From: Octopus sinensis
Taxonomy: Eukaryota
Direction: 5' to 3'
Length of the DNA: 64,000 bases
NCBI RefSeq assembly: GCF_006345805.1
Contig: NC_043010.1
Span: 29,946,001 to 30,010,000, forward strand
Shown: positions 48,824-61,574 of the stretch, piece after piece
Position numbering within the stretch: the stretch's first letter is position 1
How the letters are laid out: each line of letters starts with the position of its first letter
Notes under the pieces: model-generated
What the model was told of the DNA's origin: nothing
Seen by the model: the letters and a program-made list of their open reading frames with translations, nothing else
Databases searched by the model: none
Translations under genes and position numbers: made by a program

Positions 48824-49173
48824 ATTGCGACAAGAGCCGTTACAAATGCAACAAAGAATAGCCCAATCGTTACACTTCGCAATTGTTGGTGTTGTTGTTG
48901 CCGCTGGTGGTCTTGCTACTGCTGCTTCTGCTCCTATAGTTACCTTATCTTTGCCACTTCTGTCGAGGAGAGAGATCAAATCGATTGCATCGACCCCCAG
49001 TACTTGACTAGTTCTTTATTTTCTCGATACTGACAAAACCGACAGCAACATAAGTTGAAGAAGTACCACAAAACATTTTGCTCGACGCTAATGATTAGCA
49101 AATGTTCAACTGTTCCCACAACTTTTTATAAATACTTAAACTATGACTATTTTCCTTTATAGAAGCAGAGACC

Positions 49174-49587
49174 GGATCATTTCGGTTTGAACGGCAGTTT
49201 TTTCTAGCGGTGTCATATGAAATTGTCACCCATAATTATGACCCTAGAATCGTTCTATTGCATTTCAATCTCTTTTAGGGTTAGGGTTAGGGGTGGGGGA
49301 AGGGTATCTTTTTTTCTTCACAAATGTAAATAAACCCAATCTGTTTCTTAAACGAGGGACATATTCATACGGCACAGAATACTTTTTAACACAATAGACG
49401 TCACTGATTGGTTGAAATTGCAGAAATTGAAGAAAAAACAACAAATATCTTACAAACTATAGAATTTTTTCGATAAAGCCAAGAGAAAAAGATGTTTTAT
49501 AAACACATTCTACCAGTATACGAAGTTTAAAATTTTTTAGTTACCTAGAAATTATGTTAAAAATTGCCGTTCAAACCGAAAAGATCC
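49174..49587. mobile_element. 414-bp MITE with ~28-bp TIRs, 8-bp TSD and internal (TTAGGG)3
   Basis: CAGAGACC|GGATCATTTCGGTTTGAACGGCAGTTTTT ... AAAAATTGCCGTTCAAACCGAAAAGATCC|CAGAGACC. Confidence 0.92.
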
Positions 49588-51569
49588 CAGAGACCACCGT
49601 TCTGTTCCCGCTATTGATTTCAGTTGTCTCAACAACAGAATTTCATTAAAAACCAACAGAATAATTGCCTCCAGTCACTGTCATCAAATTCCTTTTCATC
49701 AACAAACTCATTAGCCTAAGGACCTACACTACAACGTACGAATGTAGGTACATGGTCAACATGTAAGGGATGACCTAGCGTTAAATAATAGCAGCAGCAA
49801 CAACAACAACAACAGCAGCGACAGCATCTTCAATAACAGGCATACAAGGAACGACTGGATTGCAGAGGAATCCCAAGACTACAATATTTCACTCAATACG
49901 ATTTATTACGGTTTAAGAACGTCGTGTCATTCTCAATTGGATCAGAGCAATGTTCGTCTGGTGAACAAATATAGTGTAGATCGCACCATGTAAGCCGACT
50001 GGCCACCCTTATATGGCATTTGTTTGTTGTATCGGGAATGAAATAACAATATGAACAACTAAATAGCATATACTTCCATATATCCTCTACAATTGTACAT
50101 TTCTTTAACACTTACTGAACTTTTCCAGTCATTCTGCTTTCCACCTCAAATTTGGTTAATGTCGATGGTATTAACTAAATTTCGTCGATACTAACCAAAT
50201 TTCATCACTCACCCAAATAATTCTCTTCTGATTTCAATGCCCAAAATTTTCTCTGGATTTCCTCTCCTTCGCAATCACATAAATTAATTCGAACTATTTC
50301 CCCCGTCTTCCCTTGATAATTATTTCCTTTATTCTTATTTTGGATCGCTCATCTCAAATCCTTAACACATTTCGCATCAGTTGCGTAGATAGAGTGTGTG
50401 CCACTCGAGTAGCCCTTGAATTTGCCGCCCCTCTTTGGGTCCTTAAGCCTATACAGATTTATACAGCCGAACCAAAAGTACTGCCCCCACCATAAAAACA
50501 TTGCCCGGAGTTGACTCCCTCCCAGCTAAGCTACTGTTTTACATCATCCTCATTTATAACTCTTAATTTTACCCCTTCTCCCTTTCACCTCCACACCCAT
50601 TGCTCCTTTAGTCACTGTCTTCTTGTTACCATCACTCAACAGCCAACCATCTGCTAGTCTAATATTTGCTTATTGAAATATGTTCATCAGTCGGACTTTA
50701 GGGTAGGTTATACTTGATATAAATCTACGTTTTGTCTCACTCACCCTCAAGAGCCAACCATAACGGTTGTGTTTTTTTGCCTCAGGTCAACTCTGATCGA
50801 ATAACCGTAACCACCACGTCGTTTTACGGATAGGTCTAGGAATTACATTGCTTATTGTGTCTTTTCCTTATATGATATGATAAGGATGTGATTTAAAGGA
50901 GATAGGGCTATGTTTACTTGATCGAATAAGTAATCCAATGGTCCCAAACCCGGCTGCTATTGACAATACTAGTAAATGCTTTAGTCACTGTTTCCAGTGT
51001 ATCCGAGGCAATAACTCTCGTCCAAGCATGTAGCTGACGGCGAGTACACATCAGTGACAAGGCCCAAGAAGGCCGAAATGCATCTGGCATTCTCGCAAGA
51101 TGCTGCCAGGACGATTTTCCGCCTCTCTACAATCTATATTGTATTTTTAAACTCAGCACATATTTAAAAGATTTTATATTTATCTGTGGTGCACTTGAGC
51201 ACTGTATACAATAATTTCATTATTATAAGAAGTCCTTATTATCTTGGACGAAAACCGCAGTACATTAAATATAACATACTGATGGCTATTGAAATATCTA
51301 CATTCATTTATCGAACTAATTAGAATGGAGAGATTTTCAGTTGATCATGCCATCATTTTATTTACTAATATTACCTTCAAAAACACCTTAAAACACTGTG
51401 ATGTCGTACATTATACTACTCTTCATACCTTCCCACTACCCATACTTTTCCTTTCTCCTCACTTTTATTTAAACCTAGCTCCACTTACACTCTCCCAGCA
51501 CTCCGGTCTCTATTCTGTCTACCTGCATCTCTCTCTCTCTCTCTCTTCACACACCTTCATCACCTTCAT

Positions 51570-52410
51570 CTTTTCTTTAATCTACGCCACATTTCTTGTA
51601 GACGTCGACTCCAATTCACTTCAGGCTGTGCGAAATGACATTGTGCACGCAAATGTTCTGTGTCCTGCATAAATTCACGGACACGTACTATGTGGGGCTG
51701 ACCATCAGGATCGAACGACCCCACGGGGTTAAAAAAAAAAGTTCAGTAACGTGTTGATCTGTTCGACGAAAACAATGGCCTGCGAAATTTAGCCGTCTTT
51801 GATCATCTATGTTTGATTATCTGGCTGACGGGCGGTAAAGATCCATATAGTGACTTGTTTGATGACTAAGAGATGTTAAAGGCTATGACAGAAGTCGAAT
51901 GTATGTGCCATCTAGTGAGCACTGTTGTGCCACCGTAAGAGGACAATATTCAGAGTCGTAGACGCGAACAGATTCTACTGTAGCACGAAACAGGCGTAGT
52001 TTTAGGTCAGTGACAGTTGTGGTGCTTCCCATACTTTCCATAACTTATCGGATGCTGGCCGTTTTATCGCTTTACGAATGTTAACATCTGTACTGGCAGA
52101 GCGAATACGAGAATTTAGGTAACAGAAATCGGCAACTGATTCAATGGACCCTGAAGAAAGCGTAAGGTCATCCACACCAGCATTTTTACAAATGATTATC
52201 TTTGTCTTTGAGTGGTTTATTGAGAGACTAACTTCAATGGCAGCAATCTTCGGGTTTGTGAGGAGAGTTCGAGCATTTGTGATTATATGTGAGACGAGTA
52301 CGACGTCATGTTGGAAGTCGAGGTCGGTGAGGTATGATCCTGGACGACGTGAACCTTGGCGGGGACAGACAGTTATGCCCAGCTCAGATACCATAACGTG
52401 TCGTAGTACC
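51570..52410 (-). mobile_element. LINE RT C-terminal fragment (RTE/RTEX-like, a different family from the PHD-RTE)
   Basis: LTDLDF..INHSKTK..DFCYLNS; LFRATVES..LDGTYIRLL..RRLNFAGHCFR. Confidence 0.85.
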
Positions 52411-52522
52411 TAATCAAAGACTATAAAGAAAAGGAAAGTAGCTAAGGTTATCCCCCTGGAGAACTCTTGTGTTAAATACGAATGTATTGGTGTCTCTGTC
52501 AGGGGTGCTTACAAAACTTTTG

Positions 52523-52912
52523 CATCATCATCATCATCATCTGCAACATCGTCATTGTCCTCCTCGTCCTCTTCGTCCTTCTCATCGTCATCGTCGTCGT
52601 CGTCGTCCTCCTCCTCCTCCTCACCAACACCACTACACCACCACCACCACTACAACCACCACCACCACCACCACCACCACCACCACCACCACCACCACCA
52701 CCACCACCACCACCACAACCACCACCACACCACCACCACCACCACCCCACCACCACCACCACCACCACCACCACCACAACCACCACCACAACCACAACCA
52801 CAACCACCACCACCACCACCACCACCACCACCACACCACCACCACAACCACCACCACCACCACCACCACCGCCACCACCACTACCACCATCATCATCATC
52901 ATCATCATCTCT
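52523..52912. repeat. Compound trinucleotide microsatellite (CAT/CGT/CCT then long (CAC/AAC)n)
   Basis: Directly visible, about 390 bp. A shorter (CAC)n(CAA)n tract lies at 61260-61350. Confidence 0.97.
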
Positions 52913-53162
52913 CCTGTCTTCAGTAATTACTCTCAGTCTGCTTTATATTCCTCTCAACCCCTTTCACTCTCCATCCACCCATCTTTTCCCTTTCGTCTTA
53001 TACCGTTTTTTTCCCTTTTCCCCTCTTAAGTAGTATCTGTCACTCCATCTCCCTACTTTTGCTATCAAACTAGATCGACCCCTCTTTTCACCAATAATCT
53101 CTAGCCTTTCAATGTATTAAAAAATTAAAAACAAAAAAAAAAATTAATATAAATACATGCAT

Positions 53163-53196
<34 letters not shown>

Positions 53197-53199
53197 TTA

Positions 53200-54483
53200 C
53201 TAGCAGAGATACCCGGCGTTGCCCGGTTACATTCAATTGAAGAATTAGACTTTTCTGTTATATTTTCTGTAATGAACTGGAATACCTATGTTTCGAATTT
53301 CATTAAAATTGCAGATGAGGGTTATTTCCCTCTTTACACACCCTAAAAAAATTGTAATCGTACCACATGTATCCCATACTACTGATTTTTATGCGCATAT
53401 TCCAAAATTCCAGTCTTATAGAACCTGTTAAAAGGATTTTGCTCCTGAAATATGGAGGTCATGGAGCTCTAAAATGTGAGAGTTAAGGCACCTGTTGGGG
53501 GTGGGCATCTTAATGTCAACCAGAGAAGTTGAATTGTTGAGAATCTTTTTAACTTGGGTCTTATATCTATTGTTTGAATTTCTTTGAAATAGGAAATATA
53601 TGTTCATTGGGTTTGTAAAAGAGAGCAAAGCTACAGGAAACCAAAAGACGAATGATCACAATAAGCAGTCAGCTACAGTACCCTAGTCGCTACCACTCCC
53701 AATGTAGTATTCCTCACCATGCAGGTGACAGGCACAGCTGTAAGATGCATTACGAATCTATAGCAATTGGAATGGCGTGACCCAACTGAAATAAACATGA
53801 ACAACTGTGTGACGTGAGGGATAAGGAAAAATGAAAGTTGGAGTTTGCAAATTACCACTATACTGATACGTAACTGGACAAAATAAATTTGAAATCTATA
53901 AATGTGTTTGAATAACCAGTCACTCATTTGGGAAGACCTTGAAATCAATGTTACCGTGTGGAGACTATGTGTGACCGAGTGATAATAAAAAGACTGAAAG
54001 GAGGTCTGCAATCAAATAACTTTACTCAACACTTTGCAACTGAATCAGTGGAGGCAAAGATGTCTCTCATTTACTTGACAATTTATGCAGCACATTGCAG
54101 AAATCACAATGTAAGTGTATGTCAAAGCAAACTGTTACACTGTTGTACCATTGAATAAGAAATAATGCCCAACTTTTATGCTTGGGTAACCCTACAACTT
54201 CCAAGAGTACAACTGTATTCGTTTTTGCTTAGATAAAATGACAAAATTGTGGGTGTTAAGTCCCCATGGAGGGGTCTTTCTAACTTTGTAAGAAGATGAA
54301 ATTTTATAAATATTACTTCATTTGTATCTAATATATATGGTTAAAAAATATATGAATTGTCATGGGGGTTGTGACCCTTATGCATAGAATATAATTTCCA
54401 AATTTCGTAAAAATCCATTTAGTACTTTTGACCTAGTTTGGGATCATAAAAGAAATGACTAAAATTTGGCAGTTAGGGTGTTT
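53200..54483 (-). mobile_element. Non-autonomous Helitron, long family, copy 1
   Basis: 3' end on minus: CCGGGCAACGCCGGG hairpin + CTAG|T at 53200; reverse complement of 57240-58503. Confidence 0.85.
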
Positions 54484-54741
54484 TATATATATATATATAT
54501 ATGTATACACACACACATACAAAGATAAATTGATAGATTTATCTTTGTATGTGTGTGTGTGTATATATATAACACCCTAATGGGAGCCTTAACTGCCAAA
54601 TTTTATTCATTTCTTTTATGATCCAAAACTAGGTCAAAAGTACTGAATAGATTTTTATGAAATTTGGAAATTATATTCTATGCATAAGGGCCATAAACCC
54701 CATGACAATTCATATATTTTTATTGTTGGCAAGACTAGAGC

Positions 54742-55280
54742 GATAAAATGAAGTAGCTGTTCGTCAAACGTGATCGATAAAATGACGTAGCGGTTCGCCA
54801 AACGAAATCGCTAAAATGACTTAGCGGTACGCCAAACATGATCCATAAAATGACTTAGCGGTTCGACAACGAGATCTATAAAATCACTAAGCGGTTCACC
54901 AAACGAGATCGGTAAAATGACTTAGCGTTTCGCCAAACGTGATCGATAAAATGACTTAGCGGTTCGCTATTCAAGATCGATAAAATGACATAGCGGTTCC
55001 AGAAATTAAATCGATAAAATAACTTAGCGGTTCGCCAAACGAGATCCATAAAATGACCTAGAGGTTCGGCAAACGAAATCGATAAAATGACCTAGCTGTT
55101 CGCCAAACGAGTTCGATAAAATGACGTAGCAGTTCACCAAACGAGATCAATAAAATGACCAAGCGGTTCGGTGAACAAGATCGTTAAAATGGATTAGCGA
55201 TTCGCCAAAAATGAGATCGATAAAATGATCTAGCGGTTTGCCAAACGAGGTCGATAAAATGATGTAGTGGTTCGACAAAC
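54742..55280. repeat. Minisatellite, 16 x 34 bp, derived from a SINE B segment
   Basis: Consensus GATAAAATGACTTAGCGGTTCGCCAAACGAGATC; 29/34 identical to SINE B ACTTAGCGGTTCGGCAAAAGAGACCGATAGAATA. Confidence 0.93.
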
Positions 55281-55309
55281 ACACACACACACACACAAAC
55301 ACATATTTA

Positions 55310-55334
<25 letters not shown>

Positions 55335-55350
<16 letters not shown>

Positions 55351-55840
55351 TCTAGTTGTGTGAGTGTCTGTCCCCTTCGATTTAGATTCCTAACTCCTCC
55401 CACATTTTGCGGTGCAGTTTAACCAAATTCGGGTATCTTATAGTCGTGATTCATATCGAGCCCGTCTGACTATTAGCGCGCGTCAACGATGAGTCTACGA
55501 TTTTAAAAATAATTTAACATAATTTTTTATTCCATTTTAATGCATAAAATGCATCGTGTGTCGATGGCGGCGGAGTTGGCGTCCACGCTCACAGCTGCAC
55601 CTGTTTGCTTCTCCCCTTTCCCTCCCTCGTGAAGCTGTGGGGAAGGGAGTGTAAAGAAATCAACGTCGTAATGCGTTGTGAAGGAAACCAGCGTTCTTTT
55701 AGAACAACGACTTCATGGCTTGAAGACACCAAAACAAAAATGGCTAAGAAAGCCCGAATTTATAAGGGAAGTAACTCTCTAAAAATGCTTATATAGTTAT
55801 TTCCCTTACAAACCCGAGCAACGCCGGGCGATACTGCTAG
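55335..55840 (+). mobile_element. Non-autonomous Helitron, short family, H1
   Basis: Ends CCCGAGCAACGCCGGG-CGATACTG-CTAG|T; 5' end merges into (TA)n. Confidence 0.88.
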
Positions 55841-55856
55841 TATATATATATATATA

Positions 55857-56373
55857 TCTATATATATAAAACTGTAGTTGTGTGAGTGTCTGTCTCCTAC
55901 GATTTAGATTCCTAACTCCTCCCACATTTTGCGGTGCAGTTTAACCAAATTCGGGTATCTTATAGTCGTGATTCATATTGAGCCCGTCTGGCTATTAGCG
56001 CGCGTCTACGATGAGTCTACGATTTTAAAAATAATTTAACATCATTTTTTATTCCATTTTAATGCATAATTTTTCGTGTGTCGATGGCGGCGGAGTTGGC
56101 GTCCACGCTCAAACACCTGCACCTGTGTTTGCTTCTCCCCCTTCTTCCCTCCCTCGTGAAGCTGTGGGGAAGGGAGTGTAAGGAAATCAACGTCGTAATG
56201 CGTTGTCAAGGAGACCAGCGTTCTTTTAGAACAACGACTTCATGGCTTGAAGACACCAAAACAGAAATGGCTAAGAAAGCCCGAATTGGCATCTATAAAG
56301 GAAGTAACTCTCTAAAAATGCTTATATAGTTATTTCCCTTACAAACCCGAGCAACGCCGGGCGATACTGCTAG
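55857..56373 (+). mobile_element. Non-autonomous Helitron, short family, H2
   Basis: A|TCTATATATATAAAACTG...hairpin-CTAG|T; near-identical to H1. Confidence 0.92.
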
Positions 56374-56515
56374 TATATATATATATATATATATAGTTAT
56401 CGCCAAACTAATATCCAGTAACGCTGCCGTAATCTCCTTTAGAGAGACTTAGTAATTTTAATAGTTCAATTATATATATATACATGTGTGTATATGTGTA
56501 CATTCATATTTATTA

Positions 56516-56914
56516 CTAGCAGTATCACCCGGCGTTGCTCGGGTTTGTAAGGGAAATAACTATATAAGCATTTTTAGAGAGTTATAGCCAAAAAATAGCA
56601 AAAAATGCACTAAAAATGGAAAAAAAATCATGGTAATTTTTTTTTAAATCGTTGACTCATCGTAGACATTTTTAGAGAGTTACTTCCCTTATATAATAGC
56701 GAAAAAATGCATTAAAATGGAAAAAAATGATGGTAAATTTTTTTAAAATCGTAGACTCATCGTAGACGCGCGCTAATACACAGAAGGGCTCGATATGAAT
56801 CACGACTCTAAGATACCCGGTTTTGGTTAAACTGCACCGCAAAATGTGGGAGTAGTTAGGAATCTAAATCGCAGGAGACAGACACTCACACAACTTCACT
56901 TTTATATATAAAGA
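56516..56914 (-). mobile_element. Non-autonomous Helitron, short family variant, H3
   Basis: TC...CTAG termini between A|T on the minus strand; ends shared with H1/H2, with a different and partly duplicated interior. Confidence 0.88.
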
Positions 56915-58503
56915 TATCAAAGACAATGTCTTTATGTGTTCGTGTATTACTTATACATTCGAAAACTGCTGCACCGATCATAATGAAATTTGGAACACAA
57001 AATCGAAGCCTAGGGAGAAGGTTAATGCTGTGTGTTTCATACAATTTCATGGACCAAAATCACTGAATGGATCCTTATGATATTTGAAACTTAGATTCAA
57101 TGCATTTGTGCGGGTATAATGCAATATGTTTGGTTTGAATTTCATAAATTTTCGATGTTGATGAAATTTCAACCATGCGTAATTGACACACATCAAGAAG
57201 TATTCTCAAAGTTTCCACTTCACATGAGGATTCTAAGACACACTAATGGGGGCCTTAACTCCCAAATTTTAGTCATTTCTTTTATGATCCAAAACTAAGT
57301 CAAAAGTACTGAATAGATCTTCACGAAATTTGGAAATTATATTCTATGCATAAGGGTCACAACCCCCATGACAATTCATATATTTTTAAACCATAGATAT
57401 TAGATACAAATGAAGTAATATTTATAAAATTTCATCTTCTTACAAGTTAGAAAGACCCACAATTTTGTCATTTTTTCTAAGTAAAGACGAATACAGTTGT
57501 ACTCTTGGAAGTTGTGGGGTCATCCGAGCATAGAAGATGAGCATTATTTGTAATTCAATGGTACAACAGTGTAACAGTTTGCTTTGACATACACTTACAT
57601 TGTGATTTCTGCAATGTGCTGCATAAATTGTCAAGTAAATGAGAGGCATCTTTGACTCCACTGATTCAGTTGCAAAGTGTTGAGTAAAGTTATTTGATTG
57701 CAGATCTCCTTTCAGTCTTTTTATTATCACTCGGTCACACATAGTCTCCACACGGTAACATTGATTTCAAGGCCTTCCCAGATGAGTGACTGGTTATTCA
57801 AAGACATTTATAGATTGTATATTTACTCTGTCCAGTTACGTATCAGTATAGTGGTAATTTGCAAACTCCAGCTTTCATTTCTCCTTAGCCCTCACGTCAC
57901 ACAGTTGTTCATGTTTATTTCAGTTGGGTCACGCCATTCCAATTGCTATAGATTCGTAATGCATCTTACAGCTGTGCCTGTCACCTGCATGGTGAGGAAT
58001 ACTACATTGGGAGTGGTAGCGACTAGGGTACTGTAGCTGACTGCTTATTGTGATCATTCGTCTTTTGGTTTCCTGTAGCTTTGCTCTCTTTTACAAACCC
58101 AGTGAACATATATTTCCTATTTCAAAGAAATTCAAACAATAGATATAAGACCCAAATTAAAAAGATTCTCAACAATTCAACTTCTCTGGTTGACATTAAG
58201 ATGCCCACCCCCACATTAACTCTCACATTTTAGAGCTCCATGACCTCCATATTTCAGGAGCAAAATCCTTTTAACAGGTTCTATAAGACTGGAATTTTGG
58301 AATATGCGCATAAAAATCAGTAGTATGGGATACATGTGGTACGATTACAATTTTTTTAGGGTGTGTAAAGAGGGAAATAACCCTCATCTGCAATTTTAAT
58401 GAAATTCGAAACATAGGTATTCCAGTTCATTACAGAAAATATAACAGAAAAGTCTAATTCTTCAATTGTATGTACCTGGGGCAACGCCGGGTAACTCTGC
58501 TAG
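56915..58503 (+). mobile_element. Non-autonomous Helitron, long family, copy 2
   Basis: Ends GGGGCAACGCCGGG-TAACTCTG-CTAG|T at 58503; has about 330 bp more 5' sequence than copy 1. Confidence 0.85.
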
Positions 58504-61500
58504 TATCCAATATATCCTTTAGTTTCAACGATTTAAGAAAGACTAAATCGTTTAAAGTGTGATTTGAAAGGGATTTGATTACTATTTCTAGCAAATCGAA
58601 CGATCGCCTAGAGGTCCCCGAAGGAGGTTTTTCTTGTTTAATCCCAAGTTTATCTAACAGAGTTGATCTATAATCAAAGTCATTTCAGTCTTGACCACTC
58701 AATCTTGATTTTAGATCTTAGGACAGCGTGATTCAACTTTTCCCTACCTTATTTAAGACGGCAGGGAGATTTGGTCGTTAACTCTAGCAAGCCAAGTGAC
58801 CACGTAATAGTTCTTATCGAGTTTCAGTACGAAGGAAATACGTAATGGTTCTTATGTTGTTTCATTTGGAGAAGATAATCCATTTTTATAGAGTGTTTCA
58901 AACATTTCGATCGATCTTAGTTGCTCCCATCTGTTGTTTGATCGATAACTATAAAACACATTCACTGTGAACAAATTATCCGGCTTTGATTAATGCTAGC
59001 TATTGTGTAGTCAATTGCTCGATCTCTAATCACATTATATGTATTTTAGGTTTTCTAATAGCTCTTGCTTTTCCAACCACAGAACAAACTATTCATTATA
59101 GTTGTTCCAGTCATGACCTTCCAAACTGCGTTTTTTTTCCGGTTAATCTAGAGTTAGATTATCCAATATCGTGTTCCCTTTTAAAATAGTGGGGGTGTTA
59201 TTTCAGGGAGATTTTTAGTTCTTATCTCTAGTTGATTCAACGACCGTATAGAGTCTTTTTTAATGGTTCATATTATGTTGGTTTGTTGTTTAGCCCATGG
59301 TCAACTCATGCTGAACCATCCCTGCTGAGCCATCACGCCTTTTATATGTGGTATCTAGAACTACATGATCTAGTATGTGTTAATCAAATTAACACAGTGG
59401 GGTGTGAATCAGTGAGTGACATAGCAAGGTTTCTCTTAGCCTGCGGGTTGGTGTGAAAGCCACCTTAAGCATTTGCTCCCCTTCGCACTACTTTTGTTAC
59501 ATTTCTGATGTGATTTGAGGGATATTTGACCATTATTTCTGACAGATCGTGGGGCAATGTAGAGGCTCGCTTATCGGTTAATACTGTATCAGCATACAAT
59601 ATAAGTTCTCGAATATTGGTGTGAGTTGGATTTTAGGTTGTCTATACCAGTGGTTTTAAAATTTAGGTTGTCTACACCAGTTGTTTTACAATTGAAAGCA
59701 CCAGCTTCCGCAACCAAATACCCCTCCATCTTTATTAATGAAAAGAAAATCATAAGTTCGAAGTCTTATAATAATTTCTTTCTTTGACATGATGTTGGGA
59801 AAATTCAAAAGTTACGAAATCATCTAATTTTATTTTGCAGGGCAATTTGTTCACTGCTTTTTCAATCCTCACAGGTCTCCTTAGAGAGGGAGCTACCCTC
59901 TATGAGAAACATTGGTCTCTGCTCTTTACTTATTTTTGTAGGGGTCATAAACGGCTGTTGAGAAAATGTGTACTGAGGATTTGTGAATGATGGTAGCGAT
60001 ATCCAGCGATATCTATCGACACCATCTTGATATAATTTTGGTCGTAGTTCGTCATTTTATGATGTATGACACAAGCAATCGACCGGACGCTTGGGTTCAG
60101 TCTAAAGATCCATGTTCCCGGCATAGTTTAGCTTTGCATAGTTGAGGACCATACTTGATACTCTAACATGTGGTGGTTGGTGTTTAGCTCCACCTGCAAC
60201 AAATAGTTCCGTTATTCGGAGGACTTCTTTCATCTCAACGAATGTGAATTGCTGCTATATTTCCTTCGTACTGAAACTCGATATTTCGCATCCTACGTCT
60301 TTTAATCGTATTCTTTTATATAAATAATTGGTGAAATTGCCTTGAGATTTCCAAGAGAAACAGTAAAAATCTTGTTACAATTCAAGAAGTTATTGGAACT
60401 TTTTTGAGATAGTTCTGTGTTTTACTTTAGCTAATCTCATGCCCAACCGGAGAATATGAAATATTTTGGCGCAGCAGTTTTGGTGCTGCCTATTTGGCAT
60501 CGATGATTCGACGCTGACTTACTTGATATAAAATGTTTTATGTTTCTCTCGTTTTAATGTTTCCCTTGTTCTCTCTTTACTTTTCTTTTCCTCTCTTTTT
60601 CTCTGTGTGTGCGTGTGTGAGAGAGAAGTGTATGAGGAGATGTTCAATTTATTAATTGTAATATCTCTTTCTCCTCCTCTCCCTCTCTTTCTATCTGTTT
60701 GTGTATATTTCTACTCGTACGTGTACTTGTGTGTATGTGTGCATGAGTTTATGTGTGCGTGTGTGTATATGAGTGTATATACACACAAACACATGTATAT
60801 ACACTGACAGGCTATAGTAGAATCCACTTGCCCAAGGTGCAATGCAGTGGGACTGAATCGGAGCCATGTAGTTATGAAGCAAATTTCTTACTTTCTGGAA
60901 GGTCAAAAGATCGCATAGAGGCTTGAAAGCGATTGTGTAAAAAGTGACCAGGACTTCAAGAGTTGAAGCTTACTATTTCAACAAACACTAGAATCCATAG
61001 AAATTGAATTGACTGTCTGTAGAGGATGAACACCGCAAGCAACGTGGCAAGAACTACTTGGTTGCTCGACCTACCAGAAATACCAGCCATATCGCCCTTT
61101 ACATCGCATCCACTATCTTAGAAAGGAAGCACATATTGTATAAGGTAGCCAGTTATTCAAAACCAGAAAAAAGGCATCCTACGGAAAAAAAAAAAACGGT
61201 GGAAAGGTCACAACACTGACCTAGGAATAAACGACTGCCGCTACAAGCACAACTGTTACCACTGCCACCTCCACAACCACCACCACCACCACCACCACCA
61301 CCACAACAACAACAACAACAACAACAACAATAACAACAACAACAACAACTCTCTGCTGGATTGTTCATTATGTTTCTTAGCTCGGCAGAACTATGCTATG
61401 TCGGCAGCAAGGGTCATAAAGGTCAATTAGTCGTTCGGTCGAAGGGCTGTCGGATAAGAATTGATCTAAGGTTACGCAACAACAACAGCAATTTAATACC

Positions 61501-61574
61501 TCTCACTATCTCTTCATAAAAAGTTGTATTTGTAATGGTTTCTTTAAATAAGCAGAAGCAAAGAAGTTTGCTGG

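Noticed and set aside
48788-48870. Functional tRNA-Trp gene
   Set aside because: The 5' half and anticodon arm are decayed, and CCA is encoded.
49273-49298. Telomere or fusion scar
   Set aside because: Only three units, inside a TSD-bounded MITE.
52469-53033. Pro/His/Thr-rich ORFs in several frames
   Set aside because: Translation artefacts of a (CAC)n microsatellite; no splice or domain support.
54742-55280. CRISPR-like array
   Set aside because: Units are contiguous with no unique spacers, there are no cas genes, the context is eukaryotic, and the unit derives from a SINE.
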